This document shows positions 1-10,918 of a stretch of DNA of 64,000 nt, piece by piece; the first letter of the stretch is position 1; each line of letters starts with the position of its first letter. The stretch is from positions 652,183 through 716,182 of the forward strand of contig NMRA01000135.1 in the NCBI GenBank assembly GCA_002633005.1. Reading direction: 5' to 3'. The DNA comes from Phoronis australis (Eukaryota; Animalia; Phoronida). The translations under genes were made by a program, and so were the position numbers. Below the pieces are notes generated by a model. The model made no database searches. It was not told where the DNA came from and worked only from the letters and a program-made list of their open reading frames with translations.

Positions 1-3000
1 ATCTGAGCAGGCCTAGCATTCTCCCAGCCAGCGAGGCAGTGCTGACATATAAAACATAGCAATTACTTCAACAATAAATAGGGATTCAGTATACAGTACT
101 GACAATCTTCAAGATGTTTAAAAGAATACCAAACCCAGTTTTGTCCTTTTAACAGAAATAAAAAATTACATTCTTATCCAATTCCTTGAATGCGCTGTAA
201 CCCTCAAAATTTTGAGGATATTTGAGAACTCCTTTCGAAGCCTGCAAAACGGGAAAGTGTGACCCATTGCTTTTAGGGAATTGCAAGGCAACTGTAGAGA
301 AGTATCACCATCCAAGAACCATAATATCCAATCTGTGACATAAGGAGTATGAGTTTTAGTTGATTCCTGCTTTTGTCTTTCAAAATAGGGAGTATAGAAT
401 TCTTGGGGACAAGCAATCAGATAGGTAATTTGCATCTTAGGTGGTACTTTAGATAATTTCAGGATGACTTTATTTTGCGGGTCTCAAGAATCATTCATGA
501 AAAAGATTCCCTTATCTACGTATCAATTCATACATTTTAAAACTTAAAGCCCTTGAATTTTGTACGATGGTTGCTTAGCTATATGCTGCAGTCACACCAT
601 GCTTTCAATTGTAGTGCGTTCAAGTGACAAACACTTTTATTATATTGTTTGCACATCACCAGGTGCTCTGTGACGTCACCAACAACCATCCCACGATGCA
701 TATGAAAAATGACAGCAATGCAGTAGATGAAATCCCCCGAATTCAAACAAAGGTTAAAATTTGACCAACAAAAATCCATGGCTAAAAGTGCAACATAAAA
801 TGAAAGAAGTCAACACAATTTAACTTGCTATAAATGATCACAGAAACATTTTGTGTTGTACTACATACAATACAAATGAGGTGGCAAAGTGGACAGAAAT
901 AAGTCATCACAAACCAGCAGATCCAACNGACTGAGTGATGAGGTTTTAATTATGTGCAGTGCTTGTGACCTAGTTCTGAGTGAAATACCCTCCGACTTCA
1001 AGGGGGTAGACATTCCACAGCTCAGCCAGGCCACTAAGCAATTTATTCCATATGGTGCTCAGGGTCGAATGAGTTAAATAAAAAATTGGTGAAGATTCCA
1101 ATGTTTGTAGCTAAGTAATCAGCATATGAACAATGGAAAAAATGACGATTTTGGCAATAAAAATCATTATTTTTGTGCGAAGTAAGAGGAGAATTACTGT
1201 TGTGTGTTCTGGTCTCCAACTGACTCATACTGAAACAGGCATCTCAGTAACGCCCACATGCATCACCTTTACAGAAGTTTTTTTTTTCAAAAGCTGCACA
1301 AACAAATCTCAAGTAATTTTTAAACAAAATGTTTTAACGACGGTCACCTCTTACATGACTTACTTTGACTCACAGTGCTAGCCAGCCCCACTAATTTTAT
1401 TTTTTTAGCCATATACAAAAAATGGATGTTGGTTTAGTTAGCTAACACAGCGAACAGAGATCTCTACAAAAACAAATGCTAACTAAAGGTAACAGAAAAC
1501 CTTAAAAATATGCAAAATTACTAATTGAAAATCTATGAATACACTCTGACCTATGCTATTTGACTTAAGCATTGTACAAAGACCACCACCTGACAAAAAT
1601 TTTTTTAGAATAGGACATGCTATCAAATGAAAGGAAGGTGCATTCTGGGAAACAGTACCTGACAAAACCAGGTGAATATGAAGTGGGCTTCCTGCGAGTG
1701 GCAGCACATATGGGACACAGGCTTTCGCCGCTGCTGTTAGAATTGAGTGGAACTGTGAACAGTCTTGAATTGAGCGCGTACGTGTGGATACCTGAAAGGG
1801 TTGAACAGATTGAAGAGAAACTGTGATGTGTGCCAACCACTGTACAAATTGGGACAATTCAGTTATTGTCAACACAACCTTCACCTTCTTTTAATGCAAG
1901 AAATGAATTAGTTTGACAAGAGAAACTTCATGGGGCGTTTGTGATTTCCCAACCAATTGGAATGTATGTATGTTATTTCGCAACCAATCGAAATGCGCGA
2001 ATGTTATTTTCCAACAAACTGGAATGTATGGCTGTTATTTCATTCTGTTAATCAATGAGAAGTCAAATTATCTCTTCATAGCGTAAGCACTCATAACATT
2101 GGGAAAGAGTGTAGCTGTTATACCATGTTCGGCCATTGTCAAAACTCTCCTCACCCAAAACATTGCTTGTACTTTTCTGATTCTTTGAGTATCTCGATTC
2201 TTTCAGATCAACTCCTAAACTTGGCTAATAGACTAAGGAAAGTATGCTTAGTCTAGTGCGAGTGTACTCACAGGTATGATCTGGGTCTCGAATGACTGGT
2301 GATGGAGTTCGGGATATATCCATAGACTGGACGCTACAACAAACAAGCAATTTTCACGACAGCTCAGTGTATATGACTGGAACAAGAGAGAGGTGAACTG
2401 TTAATGTAACAGACACAAAGATGAGAGAACGTATCAAAAATGCTGCCAATAACAAATAACTTGACTGTTCTTCACAGGAAACTTCAAAAATGTCAACAAC
2501 TGCGTACTTGTACACAACTTGCCAACACAATATCCTAGATATAGTCAGACTAAAGAAATAGATTACTTAAGCAATGCAAGTCTAGGGGAGAAAATATACT
2601 GTAACACTTTTACACGAGACGTTCAACAAAAGGCCGATATTTTGCCAACAACAGGTGTAACACAACTCGGCAAATAAAAGCAAGACAGTACAATTGAACA
2701 TTTAGAAAATATGGTCACATACGATTGTTCTAGAGCAACACAGTCTTCTTTGTTCAGACGTCTAAACTGTTTCATTTCCTCCAGGTAAGCATCCGATAAG
2801 CCAGCTATCACAGGGTCGCTGTCAAGGTTACCGGCTATCCAATCATAACCAAGCAGAGGACGCACTTTGCCTTGCTCAATTTCGTCATACTTCAGAGCAT
2901 CAGCATTGGGACGTCTCATGTTTAGTGGCAGTCTTCTCGGTGACTTTAAGAAAAAAAAAATTTTCATATTATTATCACTTTGCCTCCTCTCTGTATTGCC

Positions 3001-3998
3001 AAGCAAAAATGAAAATTTGGTATGAAGTAATTTTCCTTTCCCTAAAGGCAACAAGAGCAAGGGAAGTTTCCCTTATAAGCCCATTTCACTGGTTCATGGA
3101 CAGTCTCCCCAGCTCCAATTATTTGACTAGAAAAGACAACTATAAGTAACTTATTTCTAATTCCTTGCATGTTTCTTTATCAGCTACAGTATTTGTGTAA
3201 ATTTGCTAAATTGCAAATGAATGTATTTCATCGAGTCTGTCACTTGTCATAAATCTCGAAAATGCTTTTCTTGGATTGTAAATGGATTAAAATTTCTAAG
3301 TACTATGTTCATTTTCATTCAAAAGTGCAGATCTGAAAACCCAAATGTATAATCAAACTTACTCTCCTTCTGTTAATTCTAATAAAGCCTCTTTTGTTGG
3401 AACGGTTCCTCTTTGATGCAGGTGCCTGCTGGTTATTTGGAGTGGCGAGTTTCCTGTTTGGAACATCCCCGTGTCCTTCATCCAAGTTGAAACTGACATT
3501 CTTCTTTACCTTGCTTGGCGTTGGGCCCATGAAATCATCTCCTGTTTCGTTAAGGTCAGGAGTCACACTCAACGAGTAATCTAATGTTGACGTAGGGGTA
3601 GAACAGAGAACTGTGGACGAGGGAACCGTCAGTCTGTTGTTGGTATTGATGTTATTTCTGACACCATTCATGGCCAGTAATGGCGATCGCCGATTGGGAA
3701 CAGTCACTTTGATATTGTCGTCAATGATCTTCCTCTTTTTTAAGATAGATTTAGGAGTTTTTCTTTCCACTTCAATCACGGGAGTACTGGTGTTATTTCT
3801 CAAATCAAAAGGGTGGATGTTTTCTTTCCCTTGCGCCAGTTTCTGTGTTTTGGTTTTGGCACGATCTCCTTTACTGCCTGGTGTCTTCGACTTCCTCCCC
3901 CTGATCATGTTAAACGAGTCCTTAAGTTGCTGTTGTTTTGCCTTGAGCTTGTCAATGAGGGTGGCATTTTGACATCTCAGGTGTCGAGGTGTAGCCAT
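1..3998 (-). CDS. MIIP: Migration and invasion inhibitory protein homolog (3'-truncated by window edge)
   Basis: Phase-consistent GT-AG exons 3998-3363, 2943-2723, 2333-2272 and 1791-1659, then 41-<1. Motifs typical of MIIP: RPLLGYDWIAGNLD...FRRLNKEDC, DHTCIHTYALNSRLFTVP...CPIC and HCLAGWE. Phase requires one more exon between 1658 and 42, which was not found. An acceptor at 4013-4014 implies an upstream 5'UTR exon. Confidence 0.82.
1940..2040. repeat. Degenerate ~30-bp tandem repeat x3 (TGTTATTTCCCAACCAATTGGAATGTATG-like)
   Basis: Three diverged adjacent copies in a MIIP intron. Confidence 0.7.
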
Positions 3999-4116
3999 TG
4001 TCTTAAGAGATGCTGTGAAAGAGATAAAATTTAGTATTGCTAATTTCTAAACTTTCACTGGTAGCCACTTCTCCTTTCAGAGTGTAGAAGATCTGTCACA
4101 TTTCTTAAATGTAATA

Positions 4117-4275
4117 CCGTAATCGTTCGGGTTAATGCCCTGGGCAGTTAAATTGGCGAACCCAAAAAATCGGGGGAGGGCGGTTAACCGAGCAGTGGGC
4201 GGTTAAATCGGAAATCCACTTAAAGTCGGGGATGGGCGGTTAACTGAACATGGGCGTTAACCCGAACAATTACGG
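4117..4275. mobile_element. MITE, Tc1/mariner-like, TA target-site duplication
   Basis: TIRs CCGTAATCGTTCGGGTTAATGCCC / GGGCGTTAACCCGAACAATTACGG, with TA on both sides and internal GGGCGGTTAA repeats. Confidence 0.85.
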
Positions 4276-4601
4276 TAACTACTACGAAATCATTAGTACA
4301 CATAGATCAGAAGAATGAACAACATGTTTCATATTGAGGAGAGAACAAGACACATCTAGTAAAACCTTTCCAAATCAAATGGGAAATATATACACAGCTG
4401 TTCATGAACTTAAAAGGCCTAAATTATTTTTAGGGACAAAAACACATTTTGGGGTTATTCTTTGATAGGATTGGCTTCATGGTCATTAGCTTTAAGAGCT
4501 CTAGTTCAGCAAAATCTGCTGTATTTGTCATTTTATTAGTCAGCGCCGATTCCTCACAAAGACCTCCCCTGAGGTCATATCCCATGGTGCAAGCAGTGTA
4601 C

Positions 4602-5075
4602 AAATGGGCAGTTGCTGATTTGGTGCAACTCAGCAAAGGACTGTTCGAAAAAAGGTTGATTGCAGGAGTATTTGTTCAAGTTGGGCCGCCTATGGTGTCC
4701 CTCTATGCGTAAAAGGTACTTGACTTGGATGGTTTAATGCAGTGCGAGGCACACGTCCCTGAAAAGCTTCCGACGTATAGAGGGCCTATGGCTATGGGAT
4801 GGCTACTGTCTCTACAGTGGCCAAGTGGTAAAAAGATGCAAGTCCTAACAAAAACATTCAGTGTGTAGACCGGATTTTAGCAGCGTTTATTTAAAGACTT
4901 AACTTCCTCATTCTGCTTCAACCTCAACTCAATTTTTTTATGGCAAATTAAAAGAACAAATCAAAGGTCTCTGTTGACTGTCCCACTGTCTCGCATGCAA
5001 GGTAATAATGGCCAGTTGCCGATTTGGGGAACTGAACGAAGGCCTGCTCGAAAAAAGTTTGATTACGGGAGTTTT
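4602..5075. repeat. Diverged ~70-bp direct repeat pair (about 4602-4674 and 5006-5075)
   Basis: AATGGGCAGTTGCTGATTTGG...GTTCGAAAAAAGGTTGATTGCAGGAG versus AATGGCCAGTTGCCGATTTGG...GCTCGAAAAAAGTTTGATTACGGGAG. Confidence 0.7.
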
Positions 5076-5147
5076 GCGACAAGTGACTTCCGGGTGTGAT
5101 GTAGAGCCAGATAAAACTTCTTTAAGTCACTTGCCAAGCGGCAATAG

Positions 5148-5225
5148 GCTCTTGGTTGACCGGTTTGGTCACTTGGCTGTCACATGTGCAACCCGGGTTC
5201 AAGTCTCAGTCCTGGCAAAATTGTC
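5148..5225 (+). mobile_element. Degenerate tRNA-derived SINE head
   Basis: A-box-like TGGTTGACCGG and B-box-like GGTTCAAGTC at tRNA spacing; no intact cloverleaf. Confidence 0.45.
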
Positions 5226-5817
5226 TACATATGCGCCCAACTTAAGGAAAAATCCACGATTAACCCCGAGATGTAAATATTTGTTTTGAGTGGTGAATGG
5301 AGAGAGGGTCAGCCTTGTGGTGATGGGTTCAGAGCACAAGGAGAGCGTTGCTGACGGCAAATTCCGGGATACAGGATAGTGCTGCAGAGGACAAATCCAG
5401 GCTGCTAGGGTGTCACTGAGATCTGCAGTCAGGAGGACTTTTGTTTCTCCAGGCATGATTAGGAAGTTTCCGCAGGTTTTGGTCGCGAAACGAAATGTGT
5501 CGATTTCACCCTCAATAATCGACACATTTTAAAATGCGCGTTTTCACTATACCCTATATCGTGCCACTGTTGAAGTCTTGGTCCCGACAAAATTTTCCAC
5601 AGGCTGGAGTATCTGTTCGAGTTGGAAGGAATTAAAGACATCGACAGTGCAAGAGGTACTTATAACAACGTGATTACGATGATTTAATAAGTGTGAGGCA
5701 TAATTCGTCAAAAAGCATGCACCTATACTAGGTCGAAACTAGGACGGAGCCTCAGCATCATATCCTGACGGCCAGTCGAGACTTTGGCATTATCTGCTAA
5801 GCAGATATACAGACGTC

Positions 5818-5886
5818 CTTAGCTTCTGATAGTCTCCAATACAGTAGTATTATATATGGCGTCTTGGAGACGATCAGAAGCTAAAG
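5818..5886. repeat. Short palindromic element flanked by CTAAGCAGATA direct repeats
   Basis: Inverted pair CTTAGCTTCTGATAGTCTCCAA / TTGGAGACGATCAGAAGCTAAAG; CTAAGCAGATA at about 5796 and 5897. Confidence 0.65.
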
Positions 5887-6313
5887 ACACGTGTGACTAA
5901 GCAGATACACCAGCTTTGACTGAGCATGCTGAGTGGCTGATTTGCCCATGTACACTGAATCAAAATCAAATGCAGTGAAGGAGTGAAGCCAAAGCCTTGC
6001 CAAGGCAAAGGATAAATAACATACTTAGAAATATTTCATACTGAATTGTGAAATTTCGAACATGAAATCCACATGAGTAAGTAGTGATAAAGAGGTATAC
6101 CTCACTGTAGAAACTGCAGAGCTGCGTTTGTCCAGAAAATTTCTAATTAAACTGTACGAAAGTAGTAGACTAAGTAGAGTCAACACAATCTGAGATTTAT
6201 ATATGCCGCCGTAATGCGGAAACCACGTGAGCAAACTACTGCGTTCGATTGGTTCAAGTGGTAAATGAGACATCTCACGGGCAAATTTAGAAACAAATGT
6301 CCGTTCTCAAAAG

Positions 6314-7860
6314 ATGGTTTCGTCTGCGAGGTTCTTGACTAATCTGTCGAAGTCAAAACCTGTACAGTTACTGTTGGTCGTGGTTTCGCTTTCTCTTGTT
6401 TATTTATATTATGCGTCTGTACCGAAAGCAAGTTTCAGGAATCACAGTGAAAACGTAAAGCCAAATCTTGCCGACGCTGTGCTCAATGCAGAAAAGCAAC
6501 AGGATCAAGGCAAACCGGTTGGAAAACTGGATGCTAAGATGGACGTGAAAATTGCGGAAGATAGAAATGTGATCAAAGCAGTTCTGCCTCACAAAATCGA
6601 TGTCATGCTGCTCTTTTCTAATGCAAAACATAATTATAACCTAAGAGACAAGTTTAAGACGTGTGTGTCATCAATATTACATACGTCAACTATTAACCTT
6701 GCTTTCCACATCATTGGGGATATCGACAGTCAAAAAATTGGCAAAGATATCATATCCGAAAATGCTGTGGACATCAGAGTACAATACACTGTAAGTGTTC
6801 CTATGACCAATGTCCAGGTTTTCTATGTGTGTGTTTTTTCAACTTGGTAGCTAAAGTCTCTTGTTAACCGTATACTTTCAAAGTTAATAACTTAGCAAAG
6901 TTTTATAGGCCCCACAGAGTGAATCTCTTAGATCAAAGGGACAGTGGATGTACAGTGTGTTTTATTATATGCTTTTAAATTGTCCTGCTACAGTAATCTT
7001 TCCACAAGCTGAACATTTCAACTTGTTGCAGTGTACAAGTGGTGCCTAGTTTGAATGTGCTTTTGATGAAACATTGAGCATATTGATGTCTGTGGAGTAA
7101 ATTGTAAACATCCAATTCTTTGTTGTTATTAGGGCATGAAAACTATGACTGGTTTGTATTTCAGTTTTTTGTATTTTGTTTTCAGATAGAAAACCATGAC
7201 TCTGACGTGTTGGCCAAGAGACTCCATGAGATTGTGAAACCAATGCAAGAGTTCTTTAGCTACAAACCTGGAGCCTACTACAGTGACTCTATTTTCTTCT
7301 TGTCTATTGCCATCCACAAAGTGATGCCCGACCATTTGAGCAAGGTCATTATGTTAGATGCTGATCTCAAGTTCCGCACGGACATCGCCGAGCTCTATAA
7401 ACTGTTCTTTCAGTTTTCCGATTCTAACGTCATGGGCATAGCCCGAGACCAACAACCAGTGTATCGTCATACCTTTTGGCAGTATCGCAGAGACCACCCA
7501 GGTACTCGTGTAGGTGAACCGCCCCCACGGGGACTCACAGGCTTCAACAGTGGAGTGGTACTGCTAGACTTGCAACGGTTGAGAAACTCACAACTTTACA
7601 ACAAACTAATCAACAAGGATGAGGTAAAGGCTCTTGTAGAGAAATATGCGTTTAAAGGCCATCTGGGTGATCAGGACTTCTTTACACTTGTTGGTATGGA
7701 GCACGAGAATCTATTCTATGAATTGCCCTGCTCCTGGAACCGACAGCTATGTGTATGGTGGAAAGATAAAGGTTATGCAGATGTGTTTGATTTGTATTTT
7801 TCTTGCAAAGGTAAAGTTAATGTCTACCATGGCAACTGCAATACACCAATTCCTGATTGA
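6314..7860 (+). CDS. XXYLT1: Xyloside xylosyltransferase 1 (GT8 family, type II membrane), 383 aa
   Basis: Exons 6314-6790 and 7186-7860 joined by a phase-0 GT-AG intron. N-terminal TM segment, YYSDSIFFLS, DxD motif (LDADLKF), GFNSGVVLLDL, GHLGDQDFFT, LPCSWNRQLC and YHGNCNTPIP. Confidence 0.95.
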
Positions 7861-8865
7861 GTTGTAACATGCCTACCTCATTCAGCCTCGTGTGGGGGTA
7901 TCTGCTCAAGGGTTATTTGTTGTTCAGAGCCTCAATGGATGTATGCGCTAGGGGTTTAATAACACTGTGTTTGATCTAAAATTCATTCCTCACACACTTA
8001 CTGTTTGCTATGCTAGCCAGTGGATGATATCCAGTGGTATAATGGTATATTGTAACTGAACAGTGAGTACCTCACTCATGCAGATTTTACTTCATCTGCA
8101 TGCTGGTAGTGAATACTAGTAGTTTTGTGCACAATGGTTTCGCTCTTAAATTAAATTATTGTGCTAACAAAACCCTGGCTGTGGGAATGATTAATTGTGT
8201 GACGCATCATAGTGTGTGGAGTGTCATAGTGTGTTGTCTGGTGAATTATAAACTTACAATTAATTGGGTGAAGGTCTTGAATGTGTTAAGCCTTCATGCA
8301 CATATATTCACACTCAAACAAATGTTGTTGAAAACTACCATTACACATATCACAAGAAGCCATACTTTGCAGTGCCATCTAGTGACCGAGTCTACTGGTT
8401 ATCATTCCAAAATTTGCCTCATCTGTTTGTCGTCAGGGTAAAAACTGATTTACAGTCATGGCTCACCATATGCTAGTGGGAGAATTCCCAATGTGGTCTA
8501 CCATTAAAAATGTTTCCCATTTCGTTTGAACCTTAGACAGATGTCAGTTTTCAACTTTGCTGATATGAATCTGATCTATTGGTAAGCATTCTCATCTGCG
8601 TTTTGTCTAGCTACACATACTCTGGTACACTGGTCAATTATCTACCATGCTTCAAAGATTAACTATTATAATGGAGGTCATTGCTCAATATGCAGCAATT
8701 GCTCTGCTTTGTACAAAAGGAACTTAGGCCAACGTTCATGATTTCATGGCTTGTTGGCAGTTTTTGTGCAATGTTATCTATTGATGAAGTACAAGGTACA
8801 GTGGAACAGTCGTTTCTGTCATCATATCACAGATATGGATGATCAGATTCAAATGAAACTCGTAA

Positions 8866-8977
8866 AAAAAATAATTGCAGGCGGTCTGATACACGTAGTA
8901 CCAGACGTGCGCAAGCCTCGCATGTGGGCCAATTGCACTGATCACCTGGAAATATTTTTATACTTTATTAATATATG
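8866..8977. mobile_element. Short TIR element (MITE), second near-identical copy at 43426-43537
   Basis: About 110 bp shared with 43426-43537 with few substitutions; termini AAAAATAATTGCAGG / CCTGGAAATATTTTT form an imperfect inverted repeat. Confidence 0.8.
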
Positions 8978-10918
8978 AAACTTATATTTAGTATGTACTT
9001 TATACGCTGTTCTCAAAAATTTAATTTGGGATTGTTTTTAAAATGTTCCATTTTGGCATGTGAAGCTAAAAACTAGTCACTTTTAAGAAACTCTAAAAGT
9101 TGCAAAAATGAAAAAAAAATAAAACTTGCCCACCCTTACTTGCATGCTTTTGGGCAGCTTTTCAAAAAAAAAACTTTTTATCATAAGTTATGATCAATCA
9201 AAATTGCCTGCGTAAAAAAGATGGGGCTAGTGTAATGGAACGTTATTAACGAGGGAACGTTATAAACCAGATTTGTTATACGATTGGACTGTATTGTGTA
9301 GAACAGTTCTATTAACATTTCTTTATAGCAATGCTTTGGTCAAATACTGATAATTAGAACTGACTTCAGTCCTTTCAAAGAACTGATGTGGCCTTCAAAA
9401 TGAATCAATAAAATATCTCACAGTAAGGTAAAACCGATTAGCTTCTATATTTGAAACCCCATTAGCAAAGTAAAAACATTCGTTGGCTTGTGCTAGCATC
9501 ACATTGAAATTAAAAAATGTCATTTATTATGACATACAAGCCAAAGGTTTGATGGAAACAAAGACCGTGTAAGATGAGCCGAGGAAATAATGCTACTGCC
9601 TCAGTTTCATTTTATTGCAATGTTTGTGTAAAAATGTTTTTCATTGCAACTCAGTTTCATTAGTAACTGCCCTGTCTATTTTGAGCAAAAATTTGTACAT
9701 TGCAACCAGTCAAGACTAGGCTGGACTATTGAAATGTGTTTTTTTTACCAGGCTGGGCTATATTTTCATTTTATTTGAATGTATTTCTTGTAACTAGGCT
9801 GAGGTCTGTTCCAGGATTTCTTCTTTTAGTTTTTAGGGATGTTTTGTATCATTCTCTTGGAGCAGTGTTACACCAATCTTTTGTCACAGAATATTTGATT
9901 TATACCATTAGTACTGCTAAAAATAGATCTCAACTTGTTCCTTCTTCAGATGAGAAGTGATTTTTTGTCTTGCTAAAATCAAAATAACGGCGTCCTGTAG
10001 TGCCTGATCTCACGCAATGACGAGCTTTAAGTTACATGTATTTTCAAGCACAGAAATTGCACCTATTTTGAATAAGGAACAACAGAGACCAATTTTGTAA
10101 TCTAATGTGAAGTGGTCTAAATTTGGCATTTGACACGGAAAGCTGATTTATAGCCCCTTTAAAAACACGTTGTGTTAGACAATTCATTTGTTAATGTTTA
10201 CTTTTTGTTATAATAGGATTTAGTGCACAGCATAGCAGCACCAGTACAAGACCATAATGAGTGATCACACTTACGCACGCATGCACACTTAACCAAAAAG
10301 CACATTTGGTTGTTGTATGCGCCCAGACTATTATATTTAAACTTGCACGTATTTCTCTGCTTTAGAAAGCGCCTGCCACATATTTAGTTAGGTTCTCGAG
10401 CTCTTTTCAAAATTGCTATCACTGCGGCCAGGTTTTCTTTTGCAATGGTTGTCCATGCCTTTATTATTCATAAATGTATAAATGTGCATTTTTGTATTAT
10501 ACTGACAGCCCAGTAAAAATTCCTGGATTCTGGCGACTGAAGATGTTTCCAGTAAACTATGAATCGTAAAGTATTCTGCAACAAACATGATCACATTAAA
10601 GGTGTATTAAACTGTGTATTGCTTTTTGGGGTAAAAGATCATTTTCCTAAGCAACTGCCACAACACCTTCCTGTATGAAAGAAACCATGTAAACAGTTTT
10701 CTATATTCTTGAAGTTGTAATTGGTTTGTGCAAAGAAGATTTTTAACTGTTAGCAATTATAATAAATTATATTTTACTTGTTTTAAAAGTTGTTTTTATA
10801 TGAGAGAACACAATGAGGACATATAACAAAAGTTTATTACTAGTTCATCAATACACCTATCCATCAACAAGATACAGTTCAGCCTATTTACAAGCAACGT
10901 TAGGAACTGTTGAGACGT

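Noticed and set aside
1043-1075. Minus-strand SFDP peptide as the missing MIIP exon
   Set aside because: No upstream HRRK or VSIP, an in-frame stop five codons later and no suitable splice sites; it looks like a repeat end.
3394-4034. Plus-strand ORFs 3394-3579, 3613-3972 and 3813-4034 (also 1617-1826)
   Set aside because: Antisense shadows of MIIP coding exons.
5290-5690. GC-richer, coding-looking tract after the SINE head
   Set aside because: The frames I translated carry stops or no recognisable motif; it cannot be assigned without a search.
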